A stretch of 64,000 nucleotides of DNA from an uncultured bacterium (GCA_903906305.1 CAIVJR010000005.1:6485-70484); one strand, 5' to 3'. Shown: positions 47,965 to 57,343, counted from the first letter of the stretch. The notes: a model not told the origin generated them from the letters alone. Made by a program: numbers and translations.

Positions 47965-48264
47965 CTACTCTACCAAAAACTCATCTTCTGGTTCCTCAAT
48001 TTCAGGAACTCCCCGCCAAAAGACAACCATCAGCAGAAGATTTAACAAAGATAAGATTATTGGCAGCCATAATAATCCTGGACGATGTTGAATACCCGCA
48101 ATAACCACTGCAGCAAGAAGTGCAATGCCTGCAGAGATAGAGTATCCCCGATATGATAGAATTTTCTTCTCTCGAAGAAGCATTATCCATGCAATAGCTA
48201 TCAAACCAACAACGATCATCCAGCAGATGCCAAGTACTCCTGGGTCTTTCAGAATTTCTATCAT
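47965..48264 (-). CDS. Small 3-TM membrane protein (cassette gene)
   Basis: 99 aa, AGGGAG SD, boxA-like TGATCTTTTATAAC, TATAAT 48330-48335. Confidence 0.75.
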   Translation of the reverse strand: MIEILKDPGVLGICWMIVVGLIAIAWIMLLREKKILSYRGYSISAGIALLAAVVIAGIQHRPGLLWLPIILSLLNLLLMVVFWRGVPEIEEPEDEFLVE

Positions 48265-48359
48265 AGTCTCTCTCCCTGTTATAAAAGATCATGCAAGATT
48301 TATACCTCACCGTGTGAAGTAATTAGCTTATTATACTACTACAAAAGGAAATATTACAC

Positions 48360-48384
48360 TGTATACACCCCCCCCCTGCTTACC
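48360..48384 (+). repeat. Direct repeat, left of DUF3800 unit
   Basis: TGTATACA-C9-TGCTTACC. Confidence 0.8.
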
Positions 48385-48451
48385 ACTTCCATCACCAAAA
48401 TAAATAAATTAAATCTCGAGAATATCGTCTTCCCTGATGTAAAATATCCCT

Positions 48452-49090
48452 ATGATTATTTTCATAGATGAATCAGGAGATACTGGCTTTAAAGTTGCCC
48501 AAGGTTCAAGTGAATCCTTTGTTATTGCACTTGTAATTTTTGATACAGAGTCTGATGCAGAAGAAACTGCTGAAATCATCAATAATTTCAAAGAAGAAAT
48601 GAAGCAATCGTTAAGATCAGAAGTAAAGTTTAACAAGCTAGAAAAACACGAGCGATTAGCATTTTTGAATAGGATAAAAGATTGCAAATTTAGAGTTCGT
48701 ACGATAATTGTAAATAAAGAGTTTGTTAATACATCTAATCCAAAGAGAAATACAAAGTTCTACTATCGATTCTTTCTTGAGCAACTCTTAGAACATAACC
48801 GTAATTCCATAATCGATGCTCAATTACGATTAGATGGTTTGGGAGAAAGGAGCTTTAAAAGAGCAATGAATACCTATCTTCGTCAGAATTTAAATAGGAA
48901 GACAAAAGAGAAAGTTATGAGAGATATTCAATTCGTTAATTCAAAAAATAACTCTCTGATACAGCTTGCGGATATGATTGCAGGAAGTATACATAGGTAC
49001 TATCAAAAGGATAAAAATGATAGCAAGGTTTACAAGAAGGTTATAAAGGAGAGAATAGAAGAGGAATGGATATTTAAAAATTCGATCTAG
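48452..49090 (+). CDS. DUF3800 family protein (RNase H-like acidic motifs)
   Basis: IFIDESGD.G N-terminus, EVKF, LDG, S....IQLADMIAG C-terminus. Confidence 0.9.
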   Translation: MIIFIDESGDTGFKVAQGSSESFVIALVIFDTESDAEETAEIINNFKEEMKQSLRSEVKFNKLEKHERLAFLNRIKDCKFRVRTIIVNKEFVNTSNPKRNTKFYYRFFLEQLLEHNRNSIIDAQLRLDGLGERSFKRAMNTYLRQNLNRKTKEKVMRDIQFVNSKNNSLIQLADMIAGSIHRYYQKDKNDSKVYKKVIKERIEEEWIFKNSI

Positions 49091-49151
49091 TGCCTATCTT
49101 AGTGCTTGTCTAAGAACGCGCACCATGCGGTGACAATTCGGACACTAGATC
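49084..49151 (-). ncRNA. Structured RNA at the 3' end of DUF3800 (DUF3800-associated motif class)
   Basis: Closing stem GATCTAGTGTC/GGCACTAGATC with two internal hairpins; G-U pair and promoter favour the minus strand. Confidence 0.7.
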
Positions 49152-49162
49152 TTTGTATTTAC

Positions 49163-49192
49163 ATTATATACTACCTAAGAAAAGGATGTCTA
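49163..49192 (-). promoter_or_regulatory. sigma70 promoter pointing into the structured RNA
   Basis: TAGACA(49192-49187)-18bp-TATAAT(49168-49163). Confidence 0.7.
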
Positions 49193-49209
49193 GTTTTTAA
49201 TTAGTTCAT

Positions 49210-49231
49210 TGTATACACCCCCCTGCTTACC
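49210..49231 (+). repeat. Direct repeat, right of DUF3800 unit
   Basis: TGTATACA-C6-TGCTTACC. Confidence 0.8.
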
Positions 49232-50067
49232 TATTCATACATCTCAAACAATTCCTCCAACGGAACTTGTATCTCATATACAGGATACGGAAAAGCATTA
49301 ATACATTCTTCTAAAGTATTCGCTGTATCTAAATTCTTTTTAAACACATCATATACCTCTCTGTTTCCAATTAAATCCCATTTAACAAACTGTCCCCATA
49401 ATCCCAAGAAGTTCTTTTCTTTCTTCTCCCTATTCTCCCCTAAAGCATATTTACTTGGAAAGAAACTTTGGTAATTAGGAATATTTTGTAACCATGTAGA
49501 ACTCTTTAAATATTTTGCATCTTCAAAAAGATTCATATTCTCATGTATATACTTAATCATACTTCTAAATTCTTCTCTTCTTTGAGGAAGATACTTAGTC
49601 GAAAGATCTCCATATTTCTCTTCATTTCCATTTTTAAGTAAATCTGTTCTTCTAGGTGAGAAATGTAACCTAATCTGTTCTCTTTGTTTGTTGTAATCAC
49701 CATAGTTAATTTCAAAGCATCCAAACCTATTAGTTTCTTCCTTTTCCTCATTACTAATCTCTATCCTACTGTACTCCTGTTCTAAGAATAGTTTGTATGT
49801 GATGTCCGATATCTCCTTTGGGGTTGAAACTCCTCGTATTTCATCCATATATGCCTTCCAGAGGGGTGAATATATTCCCTTCTCTTCTTCTTCACCATAT
49901 TCTTTGTTTGTTAGAGAGTTGTAGAGATCGGTATATTCAAACATACTTTCCTCCAATGTCTCTCCCGTTATTTCAGATACCTTTTTTGCAAAGGACACTT
50001 GTGCATCAAAATATTCATATGGTTGGGATATTACTTCTACTTTGTTGTCTTCAAGTTCTGCTGACAT
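49231..50067 (-). CDS. Hypothetical protein
   Basis: 278 aa; LHF, SSTWL, LWGQF motifs. Confidence 0.8.
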   Translation of the reverse strand: MSAELEDNKVEVISQPYEYFDAQVSFAKKVSEITGETLEESMFEYTDLYNSLTNKEYGEEEEKGIYSPLWKAYMDEIRGVSTPKEISDITYKLFLEQEYSRIEISNEEKEETNRFGCFEINYGDYNKQREQIRLHFSPRRTDLLKNGNEEKYGDLSTKYLPQRREEFRSMIKYIHENMNLFEDAKYLKSSTWLQNIPNYQSFFPSKYALGENREKKEKNFLGLWGQFVKWDLIGNREVYDVFKKNLDTANTLEECINAFPYPVYEIQVPLEELFEMYE

Positions 50068-50102
50068 TGTATGTATCTATCAGATTATATGTATAATATA
50101 TC

Positions 50103-50567
50103 ATGAATGAGATAACTATTAGAAAAGTAGAAGTAAAAGATATATTAGGGATTATAAGGGTGATAAACGAGTCTGTAATGGCTACTCATACCAGACTATA
50201 TCCTCCTAAGGATATTCAAGAGACTTTGGATAACTATACCGAAGAGAAGGTTGAAAGATATATCAAGGAATATGATTACTTTGTAGCAGAGTTTAACAAT
50301 GAGATTGTTGGTTGTGTTTTAGCTAAGGAGAGTAAGATGAGGTCTTTGTATGTTCTTCCTTCTTTTATGGGTAAGAGTCTTGGTAAGAGATTAGTAGAAA
50401 AAGCTGAGGAGTGTGTTAAAGCTAATGGTTATAATGAGATATTTCTTTGGTCTAGTTTAGTATCTCATGATTTCTATATACATATGGGTTATGAGGATGT
50501 TAAGGGTATAGAGAATATGGAGGGGTTAATATTGCATATTGAGATGAGGAAAATCTTCAAGCCATAA
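50103..50567 (+). CDS. GNAT family acetyltransferase
   Basis: FVAE...IVG, LYVLP..MGKSLGKRL, FY..MGY. Confidence 0.92.
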   Translation: MNEITIRKVEVKDILGIIRVINESVMATHTRLYPPKDIQETLDNYTEEKVERYIKEYDYFVAEFNNEIVGCVLAKESKMRSLYVLPSFMGKSLGKRLVEKAEECVKANGYNEIFLWSSLVSHDFYIHMGYEDVKGIENMEGLILHIEMRKIFKP

Positions 50568-50571
50568 AATT

Positions 50572-51174
50572 CTAAGCTACTCTTCCCTGAATATTGTAAA
50601 ATATTTCTTTCGAAAAATTAAATTTTGGGGAGATATTGTCTTCCAAGACTTTAATCACATGCCCTAACATCTGATATGCAACTGCTAGGATAGCCTCACT
50701 AGGAAAAAGAGTATAATCTTTGTCTATGTTAGACCAATCTAATGATTCTGCATTTGTATGACTAAAGCTATGAGTCACTTTTAATACTTTTTCATAATAC
50801 ACTTCTGGGAAACCTACTTCTATCATCCTTTCTTTTAAATTACGATTAGCCCATGTACTTCCAAATCCTTTTTCGGAGATATCTTGAAAATACAAGTCAA
50901 TCCTTTCTTCTGTATCCTTGTTTAAAATCCATTTAAGATTTATAGTATTTTCAATTAATGAACGTAATAAAATAGCAGCTTCTTGATTAAAATTCTTATC
51001 TGTTAAAAGTACAATTGCTTCAGCAATATGAAATGATGTATATCCCAATCCTTCAATTATTATATTTTTGCGAAGATTTGGGAAATCTCTACCTATCTCA
51101 TCAAATATTTTGTTACTTCTATCAATAGTTTCGATTATCAGTTGTCTATATGTAGGTTTTTCTTCTTTTTTCAT
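50572..51174 (-). CDS. DUF5677-like helical protein
   Basis: AAILLRSLIE....L.WI and Y......SFSH motifs. Confidence 0.65.
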   Translation of the reverse strand: MKKEEKPTYRQLIIETIDRSNKIFDEIGRDFPNLRKNIIIEGLGYTSFHIAEAIVLLTDKNFNQEAAILLRSLIENTINLKWILNKDTEERIDLYFQDISEKGFGSTWANRNLKERMIEVGFPEVYYEKVLKVTHSFSHTNAESLDWSNIDKDYTLFPSEAILAVAYQMLGHVIKVLEDNISPKFNFSKEIFYNIQGRVA

Positions 51175-51197
51175 TAAATTATTCTAGTTAAAAATTA

Positions 51198-51968
51198 TCA
51201 ACTATTCCAAGTATCTTCAGAATTCAGCAGGTATGGTTCTATTGCTTCTCTCCCACCAAGATAAGTATTTCCAAATTGTATAATTGTGGAATACAAGAAT
51301 GCCAATGCTGCTGCAGACGAATTTATTACTACATATCCCGGAATCTGGGATAATGTTTCAAATTGTGTATACTCATCCGAGATACATTCTATAATACTCC
51401 TCTTAATCAATATCCCCCTATCTAACACACATACCATATCTATCAAATTTGGAGTCTTGCTCCGCATCAGATACTTCCCAATTGTTGTGAGATTTCTGCC
51501 AGAGTATGCAAAGATAATTTTAAAAACATCTATTCCAGAAGGATATTCATAACCCATTAATATTCTGGTTAAGGGCATTTCTAAAGTCGAAAGTTTTGAT
51601 AATGTAGCATTCGCCTCTAAAAATTTGTCTGAATCTAAGAATGATTTGATCTCTATAACTGCAAATACTCCTCCAGCTAAATAAGTATTCTCCTCGCCAT
51701 AGTCAAGAAAAGCCGCGCTGTGATTCGTTATTATTGTATCTAGCTGTCCTGTTCTATGCCCTTTGTGATCTATTATTTCACCCGCCGCAACTCGTAACTT
51801 CAGAGGTAATATTTTATTTACAAACTTATTTACAAAAGCTTCTCTATTTGCGCCAATATTCACATTCGCAGATTGTTGTTTTGAACGTTCAAAATATTGA
51901 AGTAAAATCTCCGCTTCCTTGGAAAAATAGTTAAAAAATGGTGTATTCGACATCCAATTTGTTTTCAT
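51198..51968 (-). CDS. DUF6602-like PD-(D/E)xK nuclease-fold protein
   Basis: G..RE, LP......GEIID....TGQLD.II, V.AVIEIKS.L; start moved to ATG 51968 to avoid the tRNA. Confidence 0.75.
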   Translation of the reverse strand: MKTNWMSNTPFFNYFSKEAEILLQYFERSKQQSANVNIGANREAFVNKFVNKILPLKLRVAAGEIIDHKGHRTGQLDTIITNHSAAFLDYGEENTYLAGGVFAVIEIKSFLDSDKFLEANATLSKLSTLEMPLTRILMGYEYPSGIDVFKIIFAYSGRNLTTIGKYLMRSKTPNLIDMVCVLDRGILIKRSIIECISDEYTQFETLSQIPGYVVINSSAAALAFLYSTIIQFGNTYLGGREAIEPYLLNSEDTWNS

Positions 51969-51979
51969 AATATAGCAAA

Positions 51980-52066
51980 CGGAGAGGAAGGGATTCGAAC
52001 CCCCGATATGGTTACCCATATAACGGTTTTCAAGACCGTCTCATTCGACCACTCTGACACCTCTCC
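51980..52066 (-). tRNA. tRNA-Ser(TGA), CCA not encoded
   Basis: GGAGAGGTGTCAGAGTGGTCGAATGAGACGGTCTTGAAAACCGT...GGGTTCGAATCCCTTCCTCTCCG. Confidence 0.96.
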
Positions 52067-52083
52067 ATATATATGAACATAGG

Positions 52084-52495
52084 GATTATACCAAACAAAT
52101 CACTAATTCTACACTATTTAATTTCTCCAAGCCTAGCCAATACCCCTTCCCTTACTCTCTCAGGTTGATCACTTAAACCCCAATTAATAGCCTTCTCTAC
52201 ATCCCAATCCTCAATACCATCCCCTTCTCTAGTTGCTGTAATATCTGGGTATTTAGGTGAATATGTAAAACTTCTAACAGATCCAGGCAAATTATCAAGA
52301 ACACCTTTTCCAAAAATCTCAGGAGTCATTTTCAAAGCAATGGAATTTATTGCTATCATCCCTTGTATCGTTATGATACTTGCGACAACGGTATTTTTGT
52401 TTTCCTTTGCTCCTGTTTCAACAGACGGAATATTAAATGCCATAACGATATCTTTAATAACTAAACATGAAGATTATACCAAACAAATGACTAAT
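52084..52495. repeat. 24-bp direct repeat containing an extended -10 promoter
   Basis: GATTATACCAAACAAAT(C/G)ACTAAT at 52084-52107 and 52472-52495 (23/24). Confidence 0.8.
52114..52443 (-). CDS. Hypothetical protein (paralog of 52498..52791)
   Basis: GKGVLDNLP..V..F.Y...EDWDVEKAINWGLSD. Confidence 0.75.
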   Translation of the reverse strand: MAFNIPSVETGAKENKNTVVASIITIQGMIAINSIALKMTPEIFGKGVLDNLPGSVRSFTYSPKYPDITATREGDGIEDWDVEKAINWGLSDQPERVREGVLARLGEIK

Positions 52496-52497
52496 AT

Positions 52498-52791
52498 TTA
52501 ATCCTCTAAAGCCCAAGCCATAGCCTGCTCATCATTCCAAGTCTCCGTACCAATATCTCTAAAAGCTCTAACACTAGGTAATTCTAGATATACAAATTCT
52601 TGTACATTATTTGGTAAAGCATCCAAAACCATTTTTCCATATTCACTACTACACTCCTTCAAAAGCTCCAAATCCTCACCTCCCCTGTTAATCAACCCTT
52701 CAATCGTACGAATAGCTTCAACAACACAAGCCTTCCTTCTTTCTTCAGGATTAGATATTGAGTCCAGATCTAGCAGAGCATCTCGAAGCAT
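52498..52791 (-). CDS. Hypothetical protein (paralog of 52114..52443)
   Basis: GKMVLDALP..V..F.Y...ETWNDEQAMAWALED. Confidence 0.75.
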   Translation of the reverse strand: MLRDALLDLDSISNPEERRKACVVEAIRTIEGLINRGGEDLELLKECSSEYGKMVLDALPNNVQEFVYLELPSVRAFRDIGTETWNDEQAMAWALED

Positions 52792-52842
52792 ATAATGGTT
52801 TATTAATACCTTATTACCTCAAATTATACCAGAAATACACCA

Positions 52843-53808
52843 TTAAATCTTGTACCCACCCTCAAAAATACCCTTAATAACAGATTCTAAATTAGGTTCA
52901 CTAATATCCAAATCAACAACCTCAAACAAATTTAAAAGTTCTTTAGACACATCACTAACCCTCTCCCTACTCACCACCAATGTACCCTCATTACCACTAC
53001 ACTCAGTTAACTTACCTAATCCTTTAAAATCATCAGGACTAATATTCTCCTTTAAAACAAAATGAATATGTTTTTCCTTAACAAAACCATTAATCAATTC
53101 AGAAATCTTACCATCATACAAAACCACACCATGATCAATAACTATAACCCGCTTACAAAGATCAGAAACATCCTCCATATTATGACTTGTCAAAAGTACC
53201 GTAGCCTTGTACCTCTGGTTATACACCTTAACAAACTCCCTCAAGTTATGTTGAGAAACCACATCCAAGCCAATAGTTGGTTCATCCAAGAATACTAACT
53301 CAGGAGTATGTAACAACGCAGCAACAATCTCACACCTCATACGCTCACCCAAGGAAAGATTTCTAGTAGGCTTAAGTATAACTTCTTGTATATCCAAAAT
53401 CTCAACCATCTCATTTACCACCTCATTGTATTCCTTGTCCGAAATACCATATATCTCCTTGTTAAGTTTGAAAGTCTCAATTGGAGCTAATTCCCACCAC
53501 AACTGACTCTTCTGACCCATCACAAGTGCAATCTTCTGTAGAAATTCCTTCTTCCTCTTCTCAGGCTTAAATCCCAACACCTCAACCTCACCACCAGTAG
53601 GAACCAACAAACCCGAAAGACATTTCAAAGTAGTAGTCTTACCCGCACCATTAGGGCCAATGAATCCAACCACCTCTTCACCATATATATCAAAAGAAAT
53701 ATCCTTAACCGCTTCCACCTCCCTCTTCTCAGTACTAAACAAACCCTTACTAACTCTAGTGTGATATATTTTCTTTAAATTTTTTACATGTACAACCGTC
53801 TCTTTCAT
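52843..53808 (-). CDS. ABC-2 type transporter ATP-binding protein
   Basis: GPNGAGKTT, GQKSQLWW, LSLGERMR, FLDEPTIGLD, LTSH; ATG at 53808. Confidence 0.93.
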   Translation of the reverse strand: MKETVVHVKNLKKIYHTRVSKGLFSTEKREVEAVKDISFDIYGEEVVGFIGPNGAGKTTTLKCLSGLLVPTGGEVEVLGFKPEKRKKEFLQKIALVMGQKSQLWWELAPIETFKLNKEIYGISDKEYNEVVNEMVEILDIQEVILKPTRNLSLGERMRCEIVAALLHTPELVFLDEPTIGLDVVSQHNLREFVKVYNQRYKATVLLTSHNMEDVSDLCKRVIVIDHGVVLYDGKISELINGFVKEKHIHFVLKENISPDDFKGLGKLTECSGNEGTLVVSRERVSDVSKELLNLFEVVDLDISEPNLESVIKGIFEGGYKI

Positions 53809-53852
53809 ATATTGATTGACTAATAGTTTCAATTTACAATATCATTATCATA

Positions 53853-55055
53853 ATGAAAACTGCCAACATATTCAAATTAGTACTAATAGCTGGGATATCA
53901 ACCTCACTAGCACAAACCGTATTCGCTACAGACCTAGATTCAGGGAATTACAAAATCGTAGGAGCTACAACATCCGCAGGCGGAGGACTACTAGACTCAG
54001 CATCAGGTAACTACAGCCTCATGAACTCCATTGGAAATATATCCGCAGATCCTAGAAATTACTCTACTAATTACAGACTACAACAAGACCCATCCGCAAA
54101 CTTCATAGCTGCACAACCAGGAATACAATGCTTTGAAACCGTTTCAGATGGAAGTACTAACTGTTTAACAGGACCAACCGAATTAAGTGGAGGAATGGTT
54201 GCAATCTGTGGAACAGGAGGATGTTATGACAAAGCTAGGTTTGAAGTCATAACTAACAGTAACCCATCAGACACACTGTATACCATCGCCATATCAACGG
54301 ACAATTTTGTAAATGACATACAATATATTGATGGAGCTACATTCAGACCAGAGGCAGAAGGAAACCATGATATTAATGATTTTAGAACACAAGCATATTG
54401 GGAAGCTGAGGTATTCAATATTAAGGCTCTAGCATCAAATACCCTTTACTCCATTAAAATCTCTGCATTACATGGAGATTTTACACAATCCGATTACAGC
54501 AAAACCTCAAGTACAACCACAGGAATTGGAAGCATATTTTTTGATATTGATATAGCTTCATCAGGTGGAACAACAGCAGAATCGAGCTCACCATATACCG
54601 TAGCATTCTCCGGAGCTGACGACCTAGTCGGAGGAGCTGCAGCTACAACCGCACCAAACTTAGTTTGGTTAGATATTGATAGCAACTCATCAGGAGGAGT
54701 CGCAGTAATACAATTTGGTAAAAATGGAGGCCTATACAGTACAACCACAACTCAAACCATATCCTCATCATCCACCAATCTCGATACCACATTAGAAGGA
54801 TTTGGATTACAAAGTTTCTATATGTACAATGATACTTCTGGATTCTTAGGAGATCTTACCGCTACTACTAATTACGCAGGCACACTTAACAATGTAGGCG
54901 CAATTACAACTACTGCAAACAAGATATATGATGGAGATGGACCAATCAGTAATGGAAGAGTTGCAATGTATTTGATCGCAAAAGCAGGTACAGACAAAGT
55001 TCCTGCTACCGACTATTCTGAAGAAATCTATTTTGTTTTGGTACCTAGGTACTAA
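53853..55055 (+). CDS. Secreted Ser/Thr/Gly-rich surface protein, WxL-like C-terminus
   Basis: Signal peptide; EGFGL...PATDYSEEIYFVLVPRY terminal strand. Confidence 0.75.
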   Translation: MKTANIFKLVLIAGISTSLAQTVFATDLDSGNYKIVGATTSAGGGLLDSASGNYSLMNSIGNISADPRNYSTNYRLQQDPSANFIAAQPGIQCFETVSDGSTNCLTGPTELSGGMVAICGTGGCYDKARFEVITNSNPSDTLYTIAISTDNFVNDIQYIDGATFRPEAEGNHDINDFRTQAYWEAEVFNIKALASNTLYSIKISALHGDFTQSDYSKTSSTTTGIGSIFFDIDIASSGGTTAESSSPYTVAFSGADDLVGGAAATTAPNLVWLDIDSNSSGGVAVIQFGKNGGLYSTTTTQTISSSSTNLDTTLEGFGLQSFYMYNDTSGFLGDLTATTNYAGTLNNVGAITTTANKIYDGDGPISNGRVAMYLIAKAGTDKVPATDYSEEIYFVLVPRY

Positions 55056-55187
55056 TCGAGCATACCCCCTGCTCCAATGTTTTTAGAGAATATTATTATT
55101 AACACATAATTATTTGACAAAGCATACATATTTAGATTAAATTATATTTGTATTAAAGGTACTCAATTATATTTCTGCCCTAAAAAT

Positions 55188-56324
55188 ATGAAAAAGTCTG
55201 GCTTGATCACAGGAAGTATCTCCGTTCTCGTTTTAACGGTATTCTTTATACTCATTTCTCCCGTATTTACCTCTAAAGCAGGTGCATTAACTGCAGCATA
55301 TCTCTACTTAAGTAGAATTCAATCCAATGTTAATGGCGTAGCTCCAAATACCGTTGAATATGTATTAGCAATAGATACAGCACAAACAATACCATCAGGT
55401 GGTACAGTAACAATTTCATTTCCTGATGCAGATGATGCTGGATGGTGTAGAACAGTAGGTGCTTTAACAGTGGCAGGAGTTGCATCCTCAATAGTAGACT
55501 ATGCCGCAACCAATTGGGCAATAGATGCAGTTATGCCTGACTCAGGCTCTGCTTTGACAGCCGTCTGTGCACAAGGATCAGGAGCATCATCAGTAGACAA
55601 AATTACAATCTCAAATGTTGGAACCCTAACCGCAGGTACTACATATGGTGTAAAAATCACAAATGGATCGACTGCAGGTGTAATTGGAACTGCTGCCGCT
55701 GCTGGAGAACATGATGTAACTGTTGAAGCCAAAAATGGAGCAACCATTGATTCAAGTACATTTGGCCTATACCTGGTTGCAAGTGATACAGTTGTTGTCT
55801 CTGCTACAGTTGCATCAGTACCATCAGTCACATGTTCAATTAGTACAAGTGCTGTAAGTCTTGGTTCATTGTATCCTGGTGGTTCATATGCAACCGTAAA
55901 TCATACAATCTCAACTACTACCTCAACCACAACAAGTGGATACTACTGGGCCTCATACGGCGCAGGAGATGGCTCTACAGATGCAGGACTTTACAAATCC
56001 ACAGCAACTACATATTTGATTGCATCAACTGGCAGTGGAACAATTGGGCTTACAGGTGTAAATGCTGAAGGCTTTGGAATGACAGTGTCAGACCCAGATG
56101 CTGCAGGAGCAGCTATAGTACCTGCAGATTTCAGCGACGGAACCGCAGGGACATTTGGTTCCTTGGACCGAACTGTCGCAGGAGCACAGATGATTCTTTA
56201 CCAAAATGGTGCACAAGCATCTGCAGAAAATGCTACAATAACCTATGGTGCGAGAGCTGGAACATCTGCAGTTGCAGGTAGTTACTCAGAAAGTGTCACC
56301 TTTGTTTGCGGTGGTTATTACTAG
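55188..56324 (+). CDS. Secreted beta-rich surface protein, WxL/pilin-like C-terminus
   Basis: Signal peptide; V.VSATV, EGFGM...AGSYSESVTFVCGGYY. Confidence 0.78.
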   Translation: MKKSGLITGSISVLVLTVFFILISPVFTSKAGALTAAYLYLSRIQSNVNGVAPNTVEYVLAIDTAQTIPSGGTVTISFPDADDAGWCRTVGALTVAGVASSIVDYAATNWAIDAVMPDSGSALTAVCAQGSGASSVDKITISNVGTLTAGTTYGVKITNGSTAGVIGTAAAAGEHDVTVEAKNGATIDSSTFGLYLVASDTVVVSATVASVPSVTCSISTSAVSLGSLYPGGSYATVNHTISTTTSTTTSGYYWASYGAGDGSTDAGLYKSTATTYLIASTGSGTIGLTGVNAEGFGMTVSDPDAAGAAIVPADFSDGTAGTFGSLDRTVAGAQMILYQNGAQASAENATITYGARAGTSAVAGSYSESVTFVCGGYY

Positions 56325-56329
56325 CATCT

Positions 56330-57343
56330 ATGAAAAACATACATACCAATATCTTTAAAGGAATATTTGTCCTGCTATTCTTCTTTTCTTTGTCGCTTGT
56401 TTTAGCTAATCGTACATATGCACAAACCTCTCTTTCAATTGGTACTGCACCTACTTCAGAAAAACTCAAACTCTCCCAAGGTCAGAAATACAATGGTGAA
56501 TTAGTAGTATGGAACTTAACTAACAAAGCAATAACCTACAACATTGTAGTCAAAGGCTTTAGACAGATTGAAAATCAACCTGGTACCGCGATAATGCTGA
56601 CAGACACAGAAGAATCCAAATCCCTCTACACAGCTACCGATTGGACCAAGGTAAGTATCAGTAACATTGAATTAATACCAAACAAAAACGAAAAAATATA
56701 TTACGAAATCAATGTACCTAAGGATGCAACCAAGGGAGAATATACTGTAATCATAGCTTTCATATCTGAAAATGAAGAGAAATTAACTGAAAGTGGTGCA
56801 ACCACAACCCTTACCTTAGGCATGCCCATATTAGTTCAGATTGGAGATGAATTTGTAGAGAATGCAGAACTTTTAAAGTTCTCAACAGACAAAAACTTCT
56901 ATGAGTACCCTACCCTTACATTTGATACAAGGATTAAAAATCTAGGAGATACACATATAACCCCGGTGGGAGAAATCGTCTTAAGCAATATCTTCAAACA
57001 AGAGATAGCGAGAATACCATTTAACGCGAATAACCAAAGTATATTAAGAGACAATACAGGTAACTACGAAACACTTTGGAATCTAGGAACCTTCCTAACT
57101 AAGGACAAAGCGATCGTATTAGGACCAATTAAAGCTAACTTAGTACTCACCTACCGAACATTCCAACCAGGATTTGCACCATTAACATCAGAGATCACAT
57201 TCTGGATTCTACCTTGGAAGATAATATTGATAGCCGTAATTGCAATCATAGCCATTGTTGTCATTGTAAAGGTCGTAAGAAAGAAAAGACGACCTGTTGT
57301 ACAAACTCAATATACTCCATACTCTTACCCATTACCAAGATGA
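56330..57343 (+). CDS. WxL-interacting (DUF916/DUF3324-like) membrane-anchored protein
   Basis: I.VP.DA..GEY, KNLGDTHITPVGEI...NIF, FWILPW + C-terminal TM; ATG at 56330. Confidence 0.78.
   Translation: MKNIHTNIFKGIFVLLFFFSLSLVLANRTYAQTSLSIGTAPTSEKLKLSQGQKYNGELVVWNLTNKAITYNIVVKGFRQIENQPGTAIMLTDTEESKSLYTATDWTKVSISNIELIPNKNEKIYYEINVPKDATKGEYTVIIAFISENEEKLTESGATTTLTLGMPILVQIGDEFVENAELLKFSTDKNFYEYPTLTFDTRIKNLGDTHITPVGEIVLSNIFKQEIARIPFNANNQSILRDNTGNYETLWNLGTFLTKDKAIVLGPIKANLVLTYRTFQPGFAPLTSEITFWILPWKIILIAVIAIIAIVVIVKVVRKKRRPVVQTQYTPYSYPLPR

Noticed and set aside
51969-52019. N-terminal extension of the DUF6602-like ORF
   Set aside because: Overlaps tRNA-Ser; ATG at 51968 is more plausible
42105-52830. 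Integron cassette array
   Set aside because: No repeated attC-type RYYYAAC...GTTRRRY hairpins seen, gene orientation is mixed, and no IntI lies next to the array
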